A stretch of DNA of 64,000 nt from a bacterium (lineage in GTDB: Bacteria > UBA8248). Positions 47,631-59,005 of the stretch are shown here, piece after piece. Where the stretch lies: positions 2,848,001 to 2,912,000 of the forward strand of contig OZ242260.1 of NCBI GenBank assembly GCA_965207065.1. The letters run 5' to 3'. The first letter of the stretch is position 1. Every line of letters begins with the position of its first letter. A model generated the notes under the pieces. The model made no database searches. It saw only the letters and a list, made by a program, of their open reading frames with translations, and was not told where the DNA came from. The position numbers and the translations under genes were made by a program.

Positions 47631-49043
47631 ATGTCGAAAAACACACTCTACGATAAGGTTTGGGATTCCCACACCGTGGCCAGGCTCGATTCGGGCCAGG
47701 ACCAGATTTTCATCGGCCTGCATCTCATCCATGAGGTCACCACGCCCCAGGCGTTCGGGATGCTCAAGGAAATCGGCGCCGGCGTCGCTTTTCCCGGCCG
47801 CACGATGGGGACGGTGGACCACATCATCCCCACGCTCAGCCAGATAAGGCCCTATGAGGACGAACAGGCCGAGAAGATGATGGCCGCCCTGGAGCAGAAC
47901 GTGAACGAGTTCGGCGTCCGCTTCTTGCATCTCGATTCCGGGAAGCAGGGCATCGTTCACGTCATCGGGCCGGAGTTGGGGCTCAGCCAGCCCGGCATGA
48001 CCATCGCCTGCGGCGACAGCCACACGAGCACGCACGGCGCGATGGGATCACTGGGCTTCGGCATCGGCACGACCGAGGTGGGCCACGTCCTGGCGACGCA
48101 GACCCTGGCGCTGAACCGCCTGAAGGTGAAGCGAATCGAGGTCACGGGCGCTCTCGGCCCCGGCGTGACGCCCAAGGACGTGACCTTGCGCGTCATCCAC
48201 GATCTGGGCATCAAGGGCGGTCTGGGTTTCGCCTATGAGTACGGCGGCGACGTTTTCGATGCCATGTCGATGGAAGGACGCATGACGGTCTGCAACATGA
48301 GCATCGAGGGCGGCGCCCGAATCGGCTACGTGAATCCGGATCAGACGACGTTCGATTATCTCGAGGGCCGCGAGTTCAGCCCCGAAGGAGAAGCCTGGGA
48401 GAGGGGCCTCGCGTACTGGCGGGATATCGCCTCTGGCGATGACGCGGAATATGACGACGTCTACGAGATTGCGGGCGAATCGATCGAACCGATGGTCACC
48501 TGGGGCATCAACCCGGGGCATTCTGTCGGGATTTCTCAGCCGCTGCCCGAAGTGAATAGTTTCGCGGGAGAGGACAGGAATACGGCGGAACACGGCTATG
48601 AATTCATGGCCCTCAAGCCGGGCGAGTCCATTCTGGGCACGAAGGTCGACGTCGCCTTCCTGGGTTCCTGCACGAATTCGAGAATCTCAGACTTGCGCGA
48701 GGGCGCGCAGCTGATAAATGGCAACAAGGTTCACCCAGGGGTCAGGATGCTGGTGGTGCCCGGCTCCCAGCAGGTGAAGCAGCAGGCCGAGGAAGAGGGA
48801 TTGCACGAAATTTTCACCGAAGCGGGCGCGGAGTGGCGCGAAGCGGGATGCTCGATGTGCCTGGGCATGAACCCGGACAAGCTCGTGGGTGCGGAGAGAA
48901 GCATTTCCACCTCGAACCGCAATTTCATCGGGCGTCAGGGCAGTCCGCGCGGAAGAACGCACCTGGGCAGTCCGGCCGTTGTCGTCTCCTCAGCGATTGC
49001 GGGCTGCATCGCGGACCCCAGAGAGATGGGAGAACAGGCATGA
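47631..49043 (+). CDS. leuC: 3-isopropylmalate dehydratase large subunit
   Basis: [43 protein letters not shown]. Confidence 0.97.
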   Translation: MSKNTLYDKVWDSHTVARLDSGQDQIFIGLHLIHEVTTPQAFGMLKEIGAGVAFPGRTMGTVDHIIPTLSQIRPYEDEQAEKMMAALEQNVNEFGVRFLHLDSGKQGIVHVIGPELGLSQPGMTIACGDSHTSTHGAMGSLGFGIGTTEVGHVLATQTLALNRLKVKRIEVTGALGPGVTPKDVTLRVIHDLGIKGGLGFAYEYGGDVFDAMSMEGRMTVCNMSIEGGARIGYVNPDQTTFDYLEGREFSPEGEAWERGLAYWRDIASGDDAEYDDVYEIAGESIEPMVTWGINPGHSVGISQPLPEVNSFAGEDRNTAEHGYEFMALKPGESILGTKVDVAFLGSCTNSRISDLREGAQLINGNKVHPGVRMLVVPGSQQVKQQAEEEGLHEIFTEAGAEWREAGCSMCLGMNPDKLVGAERSISTSNRNFIGRQGSPRGRTHLGSPAVVVSSAIAGCIADPREMGEQA

Positions 49044-49648
49044 GCACGAAAAGAATCGAAAAAATCGTTGGCAAGGCCATCCCCATGCCGCGCGACGACA
49101 TCGATACCGACAGGATCACGCCGGCCCGCTTTCTCAAGTCCATCACCTTCGAGGGCATCGAGAAGGCCCTGTTTTGCGATGAGCGCGAGAACACGCCCGA
49201 TCATCCCGTCGACAACCCTGCTCACAAAGGGGCCAACATGATGTTCGTGGGCAAGAACTTCGGTTCGGGTTCCTCGCGCGAGCACGCCCCGCAGGCTCTC
49301 AAGCGCTTCGGCATCGAAGTGCTCGTCGGGGTATCGTTTGCCGAGATTTTTGCGGGCAACTGCTTCGCCATCGGCGTGCCGCTCGGCGTGGCGTCGGCGG
49401 ATGACGTGAATGAGCTGATCAGACAGGCGCAGGAAGAACCGGAGACGCGCTTCAACGTGGACATCAGGAATTCCACTGTCAGCTTCGGCGATCGCGTCAT
49501 TCCCATCGACATCCAGGAGACGCGCAAGGCCGCCTTTTTAGCCGGCACGTGGGACATGCTCACCAATTTACGGGGTAACCTGCCCCAAGCGGAGGAGGTG
49601 GCCGCGCGCCTGCCGTACGTCACGAATTTCGAGAACGACGCGCAATAA
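49040..49648 (+). CDS. leuD: 3-isopropylmalate dehydratase small subunit
   Basis: [34 protein letters not shown] overlap with leuC. Confidence 0.95.
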   Translation: MSTKRIEKIVGKAIPMPRDDIDTDRITPARFLKSITFEGIEKALFCDERENTPDHPVDNPAHKGANMMFVGKNFGSGSSREHAPQALKRFGIEVLVGVSFAEIFAGNCFAIGVPLGVASADDVNELIRQAQEEPETRFNVDIRNSTVSFGDRVIPIDIQETRKAAFLAGTWDMLTNLRGNLPQAEEVAARLPYVTNFENDAQ

Positions 49649-49665
49649 AGAGAGGAGAGTTATCG

Positions 49666-50754
49666 GTGAGCAGTTATCGGATAGCCGTTTTGCCGGGTGA
49701 CGGCATCGGCCAGGAGGTGGTGGCGCAGGCGCGCTCGACCCTGGAGGCGGCGGGCGCTCGCTTTGGCGCCAGTTTCGAGTTTGAAGAAGGACTTTGCGGC
49801 GGTGCGGCTTATGACGCGACGGGCGAGCCCCTTCCCGAGGAGACCCTCGCCCTCTGCCGCAGGAGCGAAGCGGGGCTGTTCGGCGCCGTGGGAGGCCCCA
49901 AATGGGATGAACTCTCTCGCGACAAACGCCCCGAACAGGCCATCCTGGGTTTACGGAAAGAGCTCAACCTTTTCGCCAATCTGAGGCCCGCCGTCATGTT
50001 CGATCCGCTGGTCGAAGCCTCCTCGCTCAAGCCCGAAGTCGTTCGCGGGCTCGACATGCTCGTCGTGCGCGAGGGCGTGAGCGGCATATATTTCGGCCAG
50101 CCGAGAGGCATCGAGCGGCTCTCTGCGGATGAGGAAAAAGCGGTCGACACTATGACGTACACCACGGGCGAGATTCGCCAGATCGTCCGCCTCGCGTTCG
50201 AGTTGGCCTCGGTGCGCGGGAAGAAGCTCTGCTCGGTGGACAAGGAGAACGTTCTCGACAACAGCCGTCTGTGGCGCCGGGTCGCCACAGACGTCGCCGG
50301 GGAATTCCCCGACATCGAAACAAGCCACATGTACGTGGATAACGCGGCGATGCAGTTGATTCGCGACCCGCTGCAATTCGACGTCATCGTGACGGGCAAC
50401 ATGTTCGGCGACATCCTGAGCGATTGCGCTTCGATGCTCACGGGTTCCATCGGCATGCTCGCCTCGGCGAACCTGAACGAGACCGGTTTCGGCCTCTACG
50501 AACCGGTGCACGGCACCGCGCCAGACATCGCCGGCCAGGACAAGGCGAACCCGATTGCGGCCATCATGTCGGCTGCCATGCTGTGCCGCTACTCGCTTAA
50601 GCGGGTGGACGTGGCCGAAGCCATCGAGGCGGCCGTGGCCGCTGCGCTCGATGAGGGCCTCAGAACATCCGACATCCATACACCCGGCGCTACGGCGGTG
50701 GGTTGTGAAGAGATGGGCGCGAGAGTCGCTGTTCTGGCGGGTGGGGCGTCGTGA
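49666..50754 (+). CDS. leuB: 3-isopropylmalate dehydrogenase
   Basis: LPGDGIG, FANLRP, VDKENV, NMFGDILSD, EPVHGTAPDIAG. Confidence 0.97.
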   Translation: MSSYRIAVLPGDGIGQEVVAQARSTLEAAGARFGASFEFEEGLCGGAAYDATGEPLPEETLALCRRSEAGLFGAVGGPKWDELSRDKRPEQAILGLRKELNLFANLRPAVMFDPLVEASSLKPEVVRGLDMLVVREGVSGIYFGQPRGIERLSADEEKAVDTMTYTTGEIRQIVRLAFELASVRGKKLCSVDKENVLDNSRLWRRVATDVAGEFPDIETSHMYVDNAAMQLIRDPLQFDVIVTGNMFGDILSDCASMLTGSIGMLASANLNETGFGLYEPVHGTAPDIAGQDKANPIAAIMSAAMLCRYSLKRVDVAEAIEAAVAAALDEGLRTSDIHTPGATAVGCEEMGARVAVLAGGAS

Positions 50755-51764
50755 TGCGCGTCGCCGTCGCCGGCGCCACCGGCGCGGTGGGCCGGGAGAT
50801 GCTCCGGATTCTTGAGGAGCGGAATTTCCCCGCCGAAGAGGTCGTTTTGCTTGCGAGCGAGCGCAGCGTGGGCCGGAAAATCTCGTTTCGGGACTCGGAA
50901 CTCACGGTAAGCAGGCTTACCAAGGATGCCTTCAAGGGCGTGGACTTGGCGCTGTTCTCGTGTGGCGCTAGCCGCTCACTCGAGTTCGCACCTGCGGCCG
51001 TGAAGTCTGGGGCGGTGGTGGTGGATAATTCCAGCGCCTATCGGATGGATGAGGATGTTCCCCTCGTGGTGCCGGAGGTGAACCCGGATGCGATGGCTGC
51101 GCACCAGGGAGTCATCGCCAACCCGAACTGCTCCACCATTCAGCTCGTGGTGGCGCTTAAGCCCCTTCATGATGCAGCGCGCATCAAGCGGATCGTGGTG
51201 AGCACCTACCAGGCGGTGAGCGGAGCGGGGCAGGCCGCGATAGACGAGATGCAGGCGCAAGTCGATGGCGACGCTGCGGCCCCAGAGAAAATGCCCCATG
51301 AGATCGCCTTCAACTGCCTGCCGCATATCGACGTTTTCCTGGATGGCGGGCATACGAAAGAGGAAAAGAAGATGGTCGATGAGACGCGAAAGATCATGGG
51401 CGCGCCTCATCTGGCTGTCAGCGCCACCTGCGTGCGGGTTCCCGTTTACAACGCGCACTCGGAGTCGGTGAACGTGGAGCTTGAAGACTCTATCTCACCG
51501 GATGAAGCGCGATCGTTGCTTTCCCGCGCGCCGGGCGTGGAGGTGGTGGATGACGTGGAATCGTTCTCCTATCCCATGCCCAAGGACGCCGACGGAGAGG
51601 ATCCGGTATATGTGGGCCGCATCCGCCGGGATGATTCACGCGAAAACACGCTCAACCTGTGGGTGGTGGCGGATAACCTGAGAAAAGGGGCTGCGCTGAA
51701 CGCGGTGCAGATTGCCGAGACCCTGATAGAGAAGGGAATGCTCCGGGCGGCCCCGGTGAAATGA
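50754..51764 (+). CDS. asd: Aspartate-semialdehyde dehydrogenase
   Basis: GATGAVG, DNSSAYRM, ANPNCST, STYQAVSGAG, CVRVPV..AHSE, DNLRKGAA. Confidence 0.97.
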   Translation: MRVAVAGATGAVGREMLRILEERNFPAEEVVLLASERSVGRKISFRDSELTVSRLTKDAFKGVDLALFSCGASRSLEFAPAAVKSGAVVVDNSSAYRMDEDVPLVVPEVNPDAMAAHQGVIANPNCSTIQLVVALKPLHDAARIKRIVVSTYQAVSGAGQAAIDEMQAQVDGDAAAPEKMPHEIAFNCLPHIDVFLDGGHTKEEKKMVDETRKIMGAPHLAVSATCVRVPVYNAHSESVNVELEDSISPDEARSLLSRAPGVEVVDDVESFSYPMPKDADGEDPVYVGRIRRDDSRENTLNLWVVADNLRKGAALNAVQIAETLIEKGMLRAAPVK

Positions 51765-51784
51765 TGACGAACGAGGTTATATAA

Positions 51785-52642
51785 GTGTCTGATGTGAAAA
51801 TCGGGATAATCGGAGGAAGCGGCCTTTACGAGATAGCGGAGTTGAGCGAGGTGGAAGAACGCGCGCTCGATACACCCTACGGCGCGCCCTCGGCCCCCTA
51901 TGTTGTTGGGACGTTCTCCGGCAAGCGAATCGCCTTTCTGCCCCGACACGGTAGAGGGCACGTATATCTTCCGAATGAAATTCCCTTCCGGGCCAATATC
52001 CATGGATTCAAGCAGTTGGGCGTGGAATGGCTGATATCCGTCAGCGCGGTGGGTAGTCTGAAAGAAGATATTCATCCGGGCCACATCGTGATTCCCGACC
52101 AGTTCATCGACCTCACAAAAACGCGAATAGCCACTTTTTTCGGCGACGGCGTCGTCGCCCACGTGTCTATGGCGGACCCGGTGTGCGGGGTGCTGAGCGG
52201 GATACTGATGGGCGCAGCCGTCCAGGCGGGCGCGACGGCGCACGCGGGCGGGACGTACGTGTGCATGGAAGGCCCCCAGTTCAGCAGCCGGGCGGAGAGT
52301 TTCCGCTACCGCGACTGGGGCGCATCGATTATCGGGATGACGAACATGCCCGAGGCCAAGCTCGCGCGCGAGGCGGAGATGAGCTACGCCACCATCGCGC
52401 TGGCGACGGATTATGACTGCTGGCACGAGGAGGAAGAGGCGGTGAGCGTGGAGGCCGTGATCGCCCTCGTGAGGCGCAACGCGACCCTCGCGCAGCAGAT
52501 TATCAAAAAGGCAGTACCTGAAATTGATGGCGACAGCCCCTTTTCAGGCTCTTTGGCGACGGCCCTTATGACGGACCCTGCCCGCATGCCGAGCGAGACG
52601 AAAGAACGTCTCAGTCACCTGATTGGAAAATACATATCGTGA
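51785..52642 (+). CDS. mtnP: S-methyl-5'-thioadenosine phosphorylase
   Basis: IGIIGGSG, LPRHGRGH, AVGSL, MEGPQFS, IGMTNMPEAKLAREA, TDYDCW. Confidence 0.93.
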   Translation: MSDVKIGIIGGSGLYEIAELSEVEERALDTPYGAPSAPYVVGTFSGKRIAFLPRHGRGHVYLPNEIPFRANIHGFKQLGVEWLISVSAVGSLKEDIHPGHIVIPDQFIDLTKTRIATFFGDGVVAHVSMADPVCGVLSGILMGAAVQAGATAHAGGTYVCMEGPQFSSRAESFRYRDWGASIIGMTNMPEAKLAREAEMSYATIALATDYDCWHEEEEAVSVEAVIALVRRNATLAQQIIKKAVPEIDGDSPFSGSLATALMTDPARMPSETKERLSHLIGKYIS

Positions 52643-53922
52643 ACCGGCCTAAATCCGAAGAACTCTTCGTGCTCGCGCAAAACCGTATCCCGGGCGGGGT
52701 GGATTCCCCCGTCCGCGCGTTCCGGGGAGTCGGCGGTACGCCTTTTTTCGTTGAAAAAGGAGAAGGGGCCCGAATCCGGGACGCCGACGGCAACGCCTAT
52801 ATCGACTACGTGCTCTCCTGGGGCCCGTTGATTCTGGGCCACGCACACCCGCGCGTTGTGCGCGCCATTCAGGAAGCGGCGGCGCGCGGTACGAGTTTCG
52901 GCGCGCCCACTGCTCTCGAGACCGAGTTGGCGGAGCTGGTGAACGCCGCATATCCTTCCATGGAGTTGCTGCGTTTCGTGAATTCGGGAACCGAGGCGAC
53001 GATGTCGGCCATCCGCCTCGCACGCGGTTTCACGGGCCGGGACGTGATCGTCAAATTCGAGGGTTGCTACCACGGCCATGCCGACGGGCTGCTCGTCAAG
53101 GCGGGCAGTGGGGGCGCCACCCTGGGCGTGCCGGACAGCGGGGGCGTTCCGGGAGATTATGCGCGAAACACGGCGACCCTTCCCTTCAACGACGTTGAGG
53201 CGGTCAGGGATTTCTTCGCCAGGCGCGGCGCGGACGTGGCCGCCCTCATTATCGAACCGGTGGCCGGCAACATGGGGCTGATTCTGCCCAGTACCGGGTT
53301 TTTGGAAGTCTTGCGGGAGGAAACCGAAAAAGCGGGCGCCTTGCTCATATTCGATGAGGTGATGACGGGGTTTCGGGTGGCGAGAGGCGGCGCCCAGTCC
53401 CTGTTCGGAATCACGCCCGATTTGACGACTCTCGGGAAAGTGATCGGCGGCGGCATGCCCGTGGGCGCATACGGGGGCAGGCGCGACGTGATGGAATGCG
53501 TCGCCCCCCTGGGTTCGGTCTATCAGGCGGGAACGCTGTCGGGGAATCCTCTCGCCATGACGGCGGGGGTGGAAACGCTCAAAATTATCGAGGAACTGGG
53601 ACTGCCCGAAGCTCTTGCCGAGCGGACCAAAGCGCTCTCCGGGGGTATGACCGACGCGGCGCGGTCGGCGGGAATTCCGCTCACTACCGCGTGTTGCGGG
53701 TCGATGTTCGGCGCGTTTTTTCAGGCAGGTCCGGTTCGCAATTTCTCGGACGCCATGCGCTCGGACACCGACCGGTATGCCAAATTCTTCCATTCTATGC
53801 TAAAACGGGGTGTGGCATTCGCCCCGAGTCAGTTCGAAGTGGGGTTCATGTCTTCCGCCCATACGGATGAGAGCGTGGAGGCCACGCTGGCCGCTGCGCG
53901 AGAGGCGTTCGCCGAGCTTTAG
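52639..53922 (+). CDS. hemL: Glutamate-1-semialdehyde 2,1-aminomutase
   Basis: PGGVDSPVRAF, NSGTEATM, GCYHGH, FDEVMTGFR, LGKVIGGG, YQAGTLSGNP. Confidence 0.97.
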   Translation: MNRPKSEELFVLAQNRIPGGVDSPVRAFRGVGGTPFFVEKGEGARIRDADGNAYIDYVLSWGPLILGHAHPRVVRAIQEAAARGTSFGAPTALETELAELVNAAYPSMELLRFVNSGTEATMSAIRLARGFTGRDVIVKFEGCYHGHADGLLVKAGSGGATLGVPDSGGVPGDYARNTATLPFNDVEAVRDFFARRGADVAALIIEPVAGNMGLILPSTGFLEVLREETEKAGALLIFDEVMTGFRVARGGAQSLFGITPDLTTLGKVIGGGMPVGAYGGRRDVMECVAPLGSVYQAGTLSGNPLAMTAGVETLKIIEELGLPEALAERTKALSGGMTDAARSAGIPLTTACCGSMFGAFFQAGPVRNFSDAMRSDTDRYAKFFHSMLKRGVAFAPSQFEVGFMSSAHTDESVEATLAAAREAFAEL

Positions 53923-53957
53923 CTGCTAGAGTTCGCACGTCTCGGAGCCTGAGCGCG

Positions 53958-54281
53958 ATGCGAAAAGCAGGACGATCATCCACCACGGCCCAATCGCCAA
54001 AAGCAAGACTTTTTTTCTGGCTCTCTGCGGGCATCATCGTCTTGCTGTTGGGTTCGGCATGGCTGGGCCAGGACGGGTATCTTGCCGTCATCGTGAACCA
54101 GGATCGCGTCTCTGAACTCAAGAAAGAAAACGCGGAAATCGAAGCGAAGAACAAGGAATTGCGCTCGGAAATCCGCTCATTGCGCTCCGATGAACGCGCG
54201 ATAGAGAAAATCGCGCGAGAAGACTTGGGCCTCGTCAAAAAAGGGGAAGTCGTCTACGAGTTCATTCCCTCGAAAAAATGA
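53958..54281 (+). CDS. Septum formation initiator family protein (FtsB/DivIC-like)
   Basis: Single TM helix, coiled coil, IEKIAREDLGLVKKGE. Confidence 0.85.
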   Translation: MRKAGRSSTTAQSPKARLFFWLSAGIIVLLLGSAWLGQDGYLAVIVNQDRVSELKKENAEIEAKNKELRSEIRSLRSDERAIEKIAREDLGLVKKGEVVYEFIPSKK

Positions 54282-54387
54282 CATTCAGTTTTCGTTGCCT
54301 CGATCTCAAGGGGTCCTCCTGGTAATTCTCGAAGAGCCTCTCTCTCCTTGACAGAACGCCCATGCGGGAGTAGATAACACATATCGA

Positions 54388-54464
<77 letters not shown>

Positions 54465-54475
54465 AGCGAAAAACG

Positions 54476-54499
54476 GCCGCGGAGTCTCCGCGGCTTTTT
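54476..54499 (+). terminator. Rho-independent terminator after tRNA-fMet
   Basis: GCCGCGGA-GTC-TCCGCGGC-TTTTT. Confidence 0.8.
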
Positions 54500-54560
54500 C
54501 CTTGCCGGATACATTCACGAAATCATAGAGACGATACTCATAAAAGTGAAAGGAAGAGAA

Positions 54561-55691
54561 ATGGCGGATAAAAAGGAACTGGGGCTTGCCATCGTCGGTT
54601 GCGGGGTCGTGGGGCGCATGCGGGGCGCGCTGGCCAAAGATTTCCCCGGAATCGGCTGGATCGGCCTCTCCGATATGAACGAGAAGGTCGGCAATAATCT
54701 CAAAGATGATATCGGGGCCGATTACTTCACCACCGATTTCAAGGAACTCCTCGCCCGGCCCGAGGTGGATGCGGCGATTATCGCCACTTCGACCTGGGCG
54801 CACGTCGAACCCACGCTCGCCGCGGCGGAGCGCGGTCTGCCCATGCTGATCGAAAAGCCACTCGCCACGGACGCGCGCGAGTCGGCCTCCGTACTCGCGG
54901 CGATAGAATCGGCCGGCGTGGACGCCGTGGTCGGCTACACCCAGCGTTTTCGCAGGCGTTTCCTCGCCGTGAAGGACCGCGTCGATAACGGCCAGATCGG
55001 CGACGTCACGGCGGCGGTCACGCGCGCCTTCATGAACCGCATGGCGCCGACCGGAGAGGTCCGGCTCTCACAGGACCGCCGGTTCCTGACGCCCATGGTG
55101 ATTTCGGGCACCCACAGTCTCGATATGTGCCTGTGGCTGATGGGCGACGCCAAGCCCGTCTCCATATTCGCGCGCTCGACCGAGGGGATATTGAGCGATC
55201 TCGGCACCAAGGACGCCACCTTCGGCGTGTTCACAATGGATAGCGGCGCCATCTGGAGCATGAACATCTGCTGGGCGCTGCCCAAGGAATGGCCCGGCGC
55301 GGTATATGGACTCGAGATCGGCATCGTGGGCACCAAAGGTGTAGTGGACATCGAGGACACGCACCGCGACGTGGTGATGGCGTCTGAATTCTCGCAAGGG
55401 CCCGCCTATAACCCCGATGATTTCGAACTGGAAGCGCGGCGCAACGTCGAATTTCTCACCAGCTTCCCGCCGGGCGACATGTATGAGGGGGAACTCTGGG
55501 GGCCGATGCGCGAGGAGACGAACTCCTGGTTCCAGCGGATTTATTCGGACAAGAGTACGCCCCATGCGACCGCTGCCGAGGGGCACCGTAACCTCATGCT
55601 GACCATGGCGATGGACCTCTCGGCCAAGCGCGGCGAGGAGTTGAAGTTGCCAATCAGTCCTGCGGAACTGATGGCGGGTCTGGAAGCGTAG
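54561..55691 (+). CDS. Gfo/Idh/MocA family oxidoreductase
   Basis: IVGCGVVG, LIEKPLA, VGYTQRF, GTHSLD. Confidence 0.9.
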   Translation: MADKKELGLAIVGCGVVGRMRGALAKDFPGIGWIGLSDMNEKVGNNLKDDIGADYFTTDFKELLARPEVDAAIIATSTWAHVEPTLAAAERGLPMLIEKPLATDARESASVLAAIESAGVDAVVGYTQRFRRRFLAVKDRVDNGQIGDVTAAVTRAFMNRMAPTGEVRLSQDRRFLTPMVISGTHSLDMCLWLMGDAKPVSIFARSTEGILSDLGTKDATFGVFTMDSGAIWSMNICWALPKEWPGAVYGLEIGIVGTKGVVDIEDTHRDVVMASEFSQGPAYNPDDFELEARRNVEFLTSFPPGDMYEGELWGPMREETNSWFQRIYSDKSTPHATAAEGHRNLMLTMAMDLSAKRGEELKLPISPAELMAGLEA

Positions 55692-55731
55692 GATATTCCT
55701 GGAAATTTAATCAGCAGGGCAGGGCGGATAC

Positions 55732-56889
55732 ATGGCTACGCGGGAGTTGGGAATCATTCTGCACGGGGCGACGGGCGGCATCTGCTCCTTCCAGCATCTG
55801 AGAAACTCGCTCATTCCCATAATCAATGAGGGCGGACTCGAAGTCGGCGGCGAGAGAATCCTGCCGAAGCTCCTGCTTGTCGGCAGGAGCGAGGAGCGTC
55901 TCGCGAAACTGGCGGCCGTACACGGCGGCCTTGACTGGACGACCGATCTGGATGCGGCTCTCGGGAACGAGGCGTATCCCGTCTTCTTCGACGCTGTGTC
56001 CACGCATTTGAGAGTGGATGTCCTGAAGCGCGCCATTGCCGCCGGGAAACACATCTATACCGAAAAGCCCGTAGCGCCCACCGTTCAGGAGGGGATGAGC
56101 CTGCTACGCGCTGCGCAGGCCAAAGGCCTCAAGCACGGCGCGGTGGAGGATAAGCTCTTCCTGCCGGGGTTCCTGAAACTGCGCCGGGTCGTTGAGAGCG
56201 GTTTTCTGGGGCGGATCATCGGGTTTCAGATCAACTTCGGCTGGTGGGTGTTCAACGGTATCGAGGCGGAATGCCAGCGCCCGAGCTGGAACTACCGGAA
56301 GGCGGGCGGCGGCGGTCTCATCTCGGACATGCACCCGCACTGGCGCTACATCGTCGAAGGAACCCTGGGGCCGATTGCGCGCGTGGCGGCGCTAGCCTGG
56401 ACGGGGCAGACCGAGCGCGCCGACGAGGCGGGGGCGCGCTTCCGCGTCGACGTCGAGGACAACGTGCATACGCTTCTGGAACTTGAAAGCGGCGCGCGCG
56501 GCGCGATCCTGAGCTCATGGTCCACTCGGGTCAGGCGCGAGGACCTGGTGACCTTCCAGGTGGACGGAACCGGCGGCTCAGCAGTCGCGGGCTTGAGAAG
56601 ATGCTGGAAGCAGGCGGCGGGCGAAACGCCTTTGGTGCGCGGTTTCCTGATGGGACGCGACGCGGACACCTTGGACGTCTCGGTGGATTACCGCGAGAAC
56701 TGGGAGGAAGAGCCCGACCCTGCGCCCTACAAGAACCCTTATCGCTACGGCTGGGAGCGCTTCATCCGCCACGTGGTGCGCGATGAGCCTTTCTACGCCG
56801 ACCTCTCCGCCGGCATCCGCGACGTGAGGCTCGCCGAGGCATGTCTCCAAAGCGCGCAAGAGGGCGGCTGGGTGGATATGAAGGCGTGA
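55732..56889 (+). CDS. Gfo/Idh/MocA family oxidoreductase
   Basis: HGATGG, GKHIYTEKP, RPSWNYR...GGGLISDMHPHW, VED. Confidence 0.9.
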   Translation: MATRELGIILHGATGGICSFQHLRNSLIPIINEGGLEVGGERILPKLLLVGRSEERLAKLAAVHGGLDWTTDLDAALGNEAYPVFFDAVSTHLRVDVLKRAIAAGKHIYTEKPVAPTVQEGMSLLRAAQAKGLKHGAVEDKLFLPGFLKLRRVVESGFLGRIIGFQINFGWWVFNGIEAECQRPSWNYRKAGGGGLISDMHPHWRYIVEGTLGPIARVAALAWTGQTERADEAGARFRVDVEDNVHTLLELESGARGAILSSWSTRVRREDLVTFQVDGTGGSAVAGLRRCWKQAAGETPLVRGFLMGRDADTLDVSVDYRENWEEEPDPAPYKNPYRYGWERFIRHVVRDEPFYADLSAGIRDVRLAEACLQSAQEGGWVDMKA

Positions 56890-56913
56890 TGGGTAGCCTG
56901 GATGCTGTAAACC

Positions 56914-57405
56914 TCAGCCTATAGGATCCTGCCCGCCGCCGTGGTTCGTGACGTCCGCCTCATTCAGTTGAATGAACGCCTGGGCGAGGACGACCGCGGC
57001 GGTGTTGGCGAGGTTGTAGGAGCGGATCGGCCCGGGCATGGGCACGTAAATCCGCCGCTCGGGCCAGCGCGCGTGCCAGGAATCGGGAAGCCCCGTGTTT
57101 TCGTTTCCGAGCAGGAGCACGTCCTCGTCTTTGTATGAAACCCTGTCGAAGCGCGACGCGCCGAACTTCGTAATGAGCCAGGGCGTTCTCTCGCCCAGCC
57201 ATTCGAGGAAGCGGGTTTCGTTCTCGTGGATGGTGAGCTTCACGTCAGGCCAGTAGTCCAGCCCCGCTCTTTTCAGGGAATTGTCCGAAAAATTAAATTT
57301 CGCAGGCTCGATTATGTGCAGATGCGCATCCATCCCCACGCACAGCCTGCCGATGTTCCCGGTGTTCTGCGGAATCGCCGGATGATAGAGAGCGACGTGG
57401 AGCAT
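56914..57405 (-). CDS. trmL: tRNA (cytidine/uridine(34)-2'-O)-methyltransferase, SpoU family
   Basis: LYHPAIPQNTGNIGRLC, KRAGLDYW, GNENTGLP, RSYNLAN. Confidence 0.92.
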   Translation of the reverse strand: MLHVALYHPAIPQNTGNIGRLCVGMDAHLHIIEPAKFNFSDNSLKRAGLDYWPDVKLTIHENETRFLEWLGERTPWLITKFGASRFDRVSYKDEDVLLLGNENTGLPDSWHARWPERRIYVPMPGPIRSYNLANTAAVVLAQAFIQLNEADVTNHGGGQDPIG

Positions 57406-57443
57406 TTCATTCTATTCGAAAGTAGGGAACCCGAAGCCGAGCG

Positions 57444-58760
57444 TTATCCCGAGACGGCGCCGCGAACGCTCGCCTTGTCCACCGCGTCGGTGAGGATGTC
57501 CATCGCCTGATCCATCTGTCCTTCCGTCGTCGTGGCGGGCGGCACGAACCGGAGTACGCTCCCTCCGCGCCGCTGGCTGAAGATGAGTCCGTTTTCGAGG
57601 CACCTGCGGTTGATATCGCTCCCCTGTCTGGTGGCGGGCGTTTTCGTGCGCCTGTCCTCCACCAGTTCGATTCCTTGCAGAAGACCCCGGCCCCTGATGT
57701 CGCCCACCATTTCATACTGCTCTCCAAGCCAGGTGAGGCGCTCTCTCAGGTGGGCGCCGATTTTTCTCGCCTTGGCGGGTACGTCTTCCTGTTCGATGAC
57801 GTCGAGGCTCGCCACGCCTGCGGCGCAGGCGAGCGGGTCGTTCGTGTGTGAATGGGTGACGACGAACTCGGTGGACGCTATCTTCTCCTCCACCTCGGCG
57901 CTCGTCGAGACCGAAGAGATGCTCACGCCCCCGCCGAAGTGCTTCGCCAGCGTCACGACGTCGGGCACCACCTCGTCCTTCTCGAAGCCGAACATCGTGC
58001 CCAGCTTGCCGAGTCCGGTCTGCTCGTCGTCCACGATGAGGAGCATGTCGCGCTCCTCGCAGCTTTCTTTGAGTTTCTTGAGCCACCCGGGCGGCGGCTC
58101 CACCACCCCGCCCGCGCTGAAGAGGGGTTCGGTGATGACGGCGGCGGGCTTGCTCGTCGTTTGCGCGTCGATGAGTTCGAAGCTCGTATCCAGGCAGGCG
58201 ATCTCGCAATCGGGGAATTTCTGGGCGAGCGGGCAGCGGTAGCAGTAGGGCGCGACCATGGCCATACTCCCGGGCGACAGCGGCCCGTGCCCGCTGTGCC
58301 AGCCCGCGAAGGTGAGGGAGCGCGCCGTGTCGGAGAGGCCGTGAAAGCTGATGTGGGGACTCGCCACCTCGAAGCCGTCGGTGAATTTGCGGGCGATGGT
58401 CACCGCCGCCTCGTTGGCGTCCGCACCGGAACCGAGAAAGAGGCTTTTCTCGAGCGGCGGCGGCAGCAGCGCGCCGAGACGCTCGGCGAGGATGATCTCC
58501 TGGTCGTTGAAGAAGCTGCTGTGCGCGTGAATCAGCTCATCGCAACTTTTTTTGATAGCGTCCGTGACAGTGGGGTGGTTGTGTCCCAAGGCGGAGCACA
58601 TCTGGCCCGAGTTGAAATCGAGGTACTGCTTGCCGTTCACGTCCTCGACGGTGGAACCTTCACCGCGTACGAAGACGGGGCCTGCGAATACCGTCTTGTC
58701 CACCCGCCCGCGAAAGCTGTATTTCTTCGCCGAATCAAGCAGGTCTTTTTCGCTTCGCAT
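57444..58760 (-). CDS. Class III PLP aminotransferase, 2,2-dialkylglycine decarboxylase-like
   Basis: LDFNSGQMCSALGHNHP, SFHG, EPLFSAGG, DDEQTGLG, TLAKHFGGG, GDIRGRGLL. Confidence 0.85.
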   Translation of the reverse strand: MRSEKDLLDSAKKYSFRGRVDKTVFAGPVFVRGEGSTVEDVNGKQYLDFNSGQMCSALGHNHPTVTDAIKKSCDELIHAHSSFFNDQEIILAERLGALLPPPLEKSLFLGSGADANEAAVTIARKFTDGFEVASPHISFHGLSDTARSLTFAGWHSGHGPLSPGSMAMVAPYCYRCPLAQKFPDCEIACLDTSFELIDAQTTSKPAAVITEPLFSAGGVVEPPPGWLKKLKESCEERDMLLIVDDEQTGLGKLGTMFGFEKDEVVPDVVTLAKHFGGGVSISSVSTSAEVEEKIASTEFVVTHSHTNDPLACAAGVASLDVIEQEDVPAKARKIGAHLRERLTWLGEQYEMVGDIRGRGLLQGIELVEDRRTKTPATRQGSDINRRCLENGLIFSQRRGGSVLRFVPPATTTEGQMDQAMDILTDAVDKASVRGAVSG

Positions 58761-59005
58761 GAAAGTCGCCTCCACGGGTATGAGAAGAGGGGACGCCCGG
58801 TGCGCTCCTCTCGCAAATGCGGAATTTCTCGCTTAAACCGCGCTCCATGAAACGCTGTGATATGGTTTAATACTATCTCATATTCATGGTTTCGGATATG
58901 GCTTATCATCAAGCCATCTGGCGGATAAGTCATCCAACGGTGATTCGCCCGTGAAACCTCGTGATTGCGCGAATCATGGGCCGTGAGTTCGGGAGGATAT
59001 TTCGT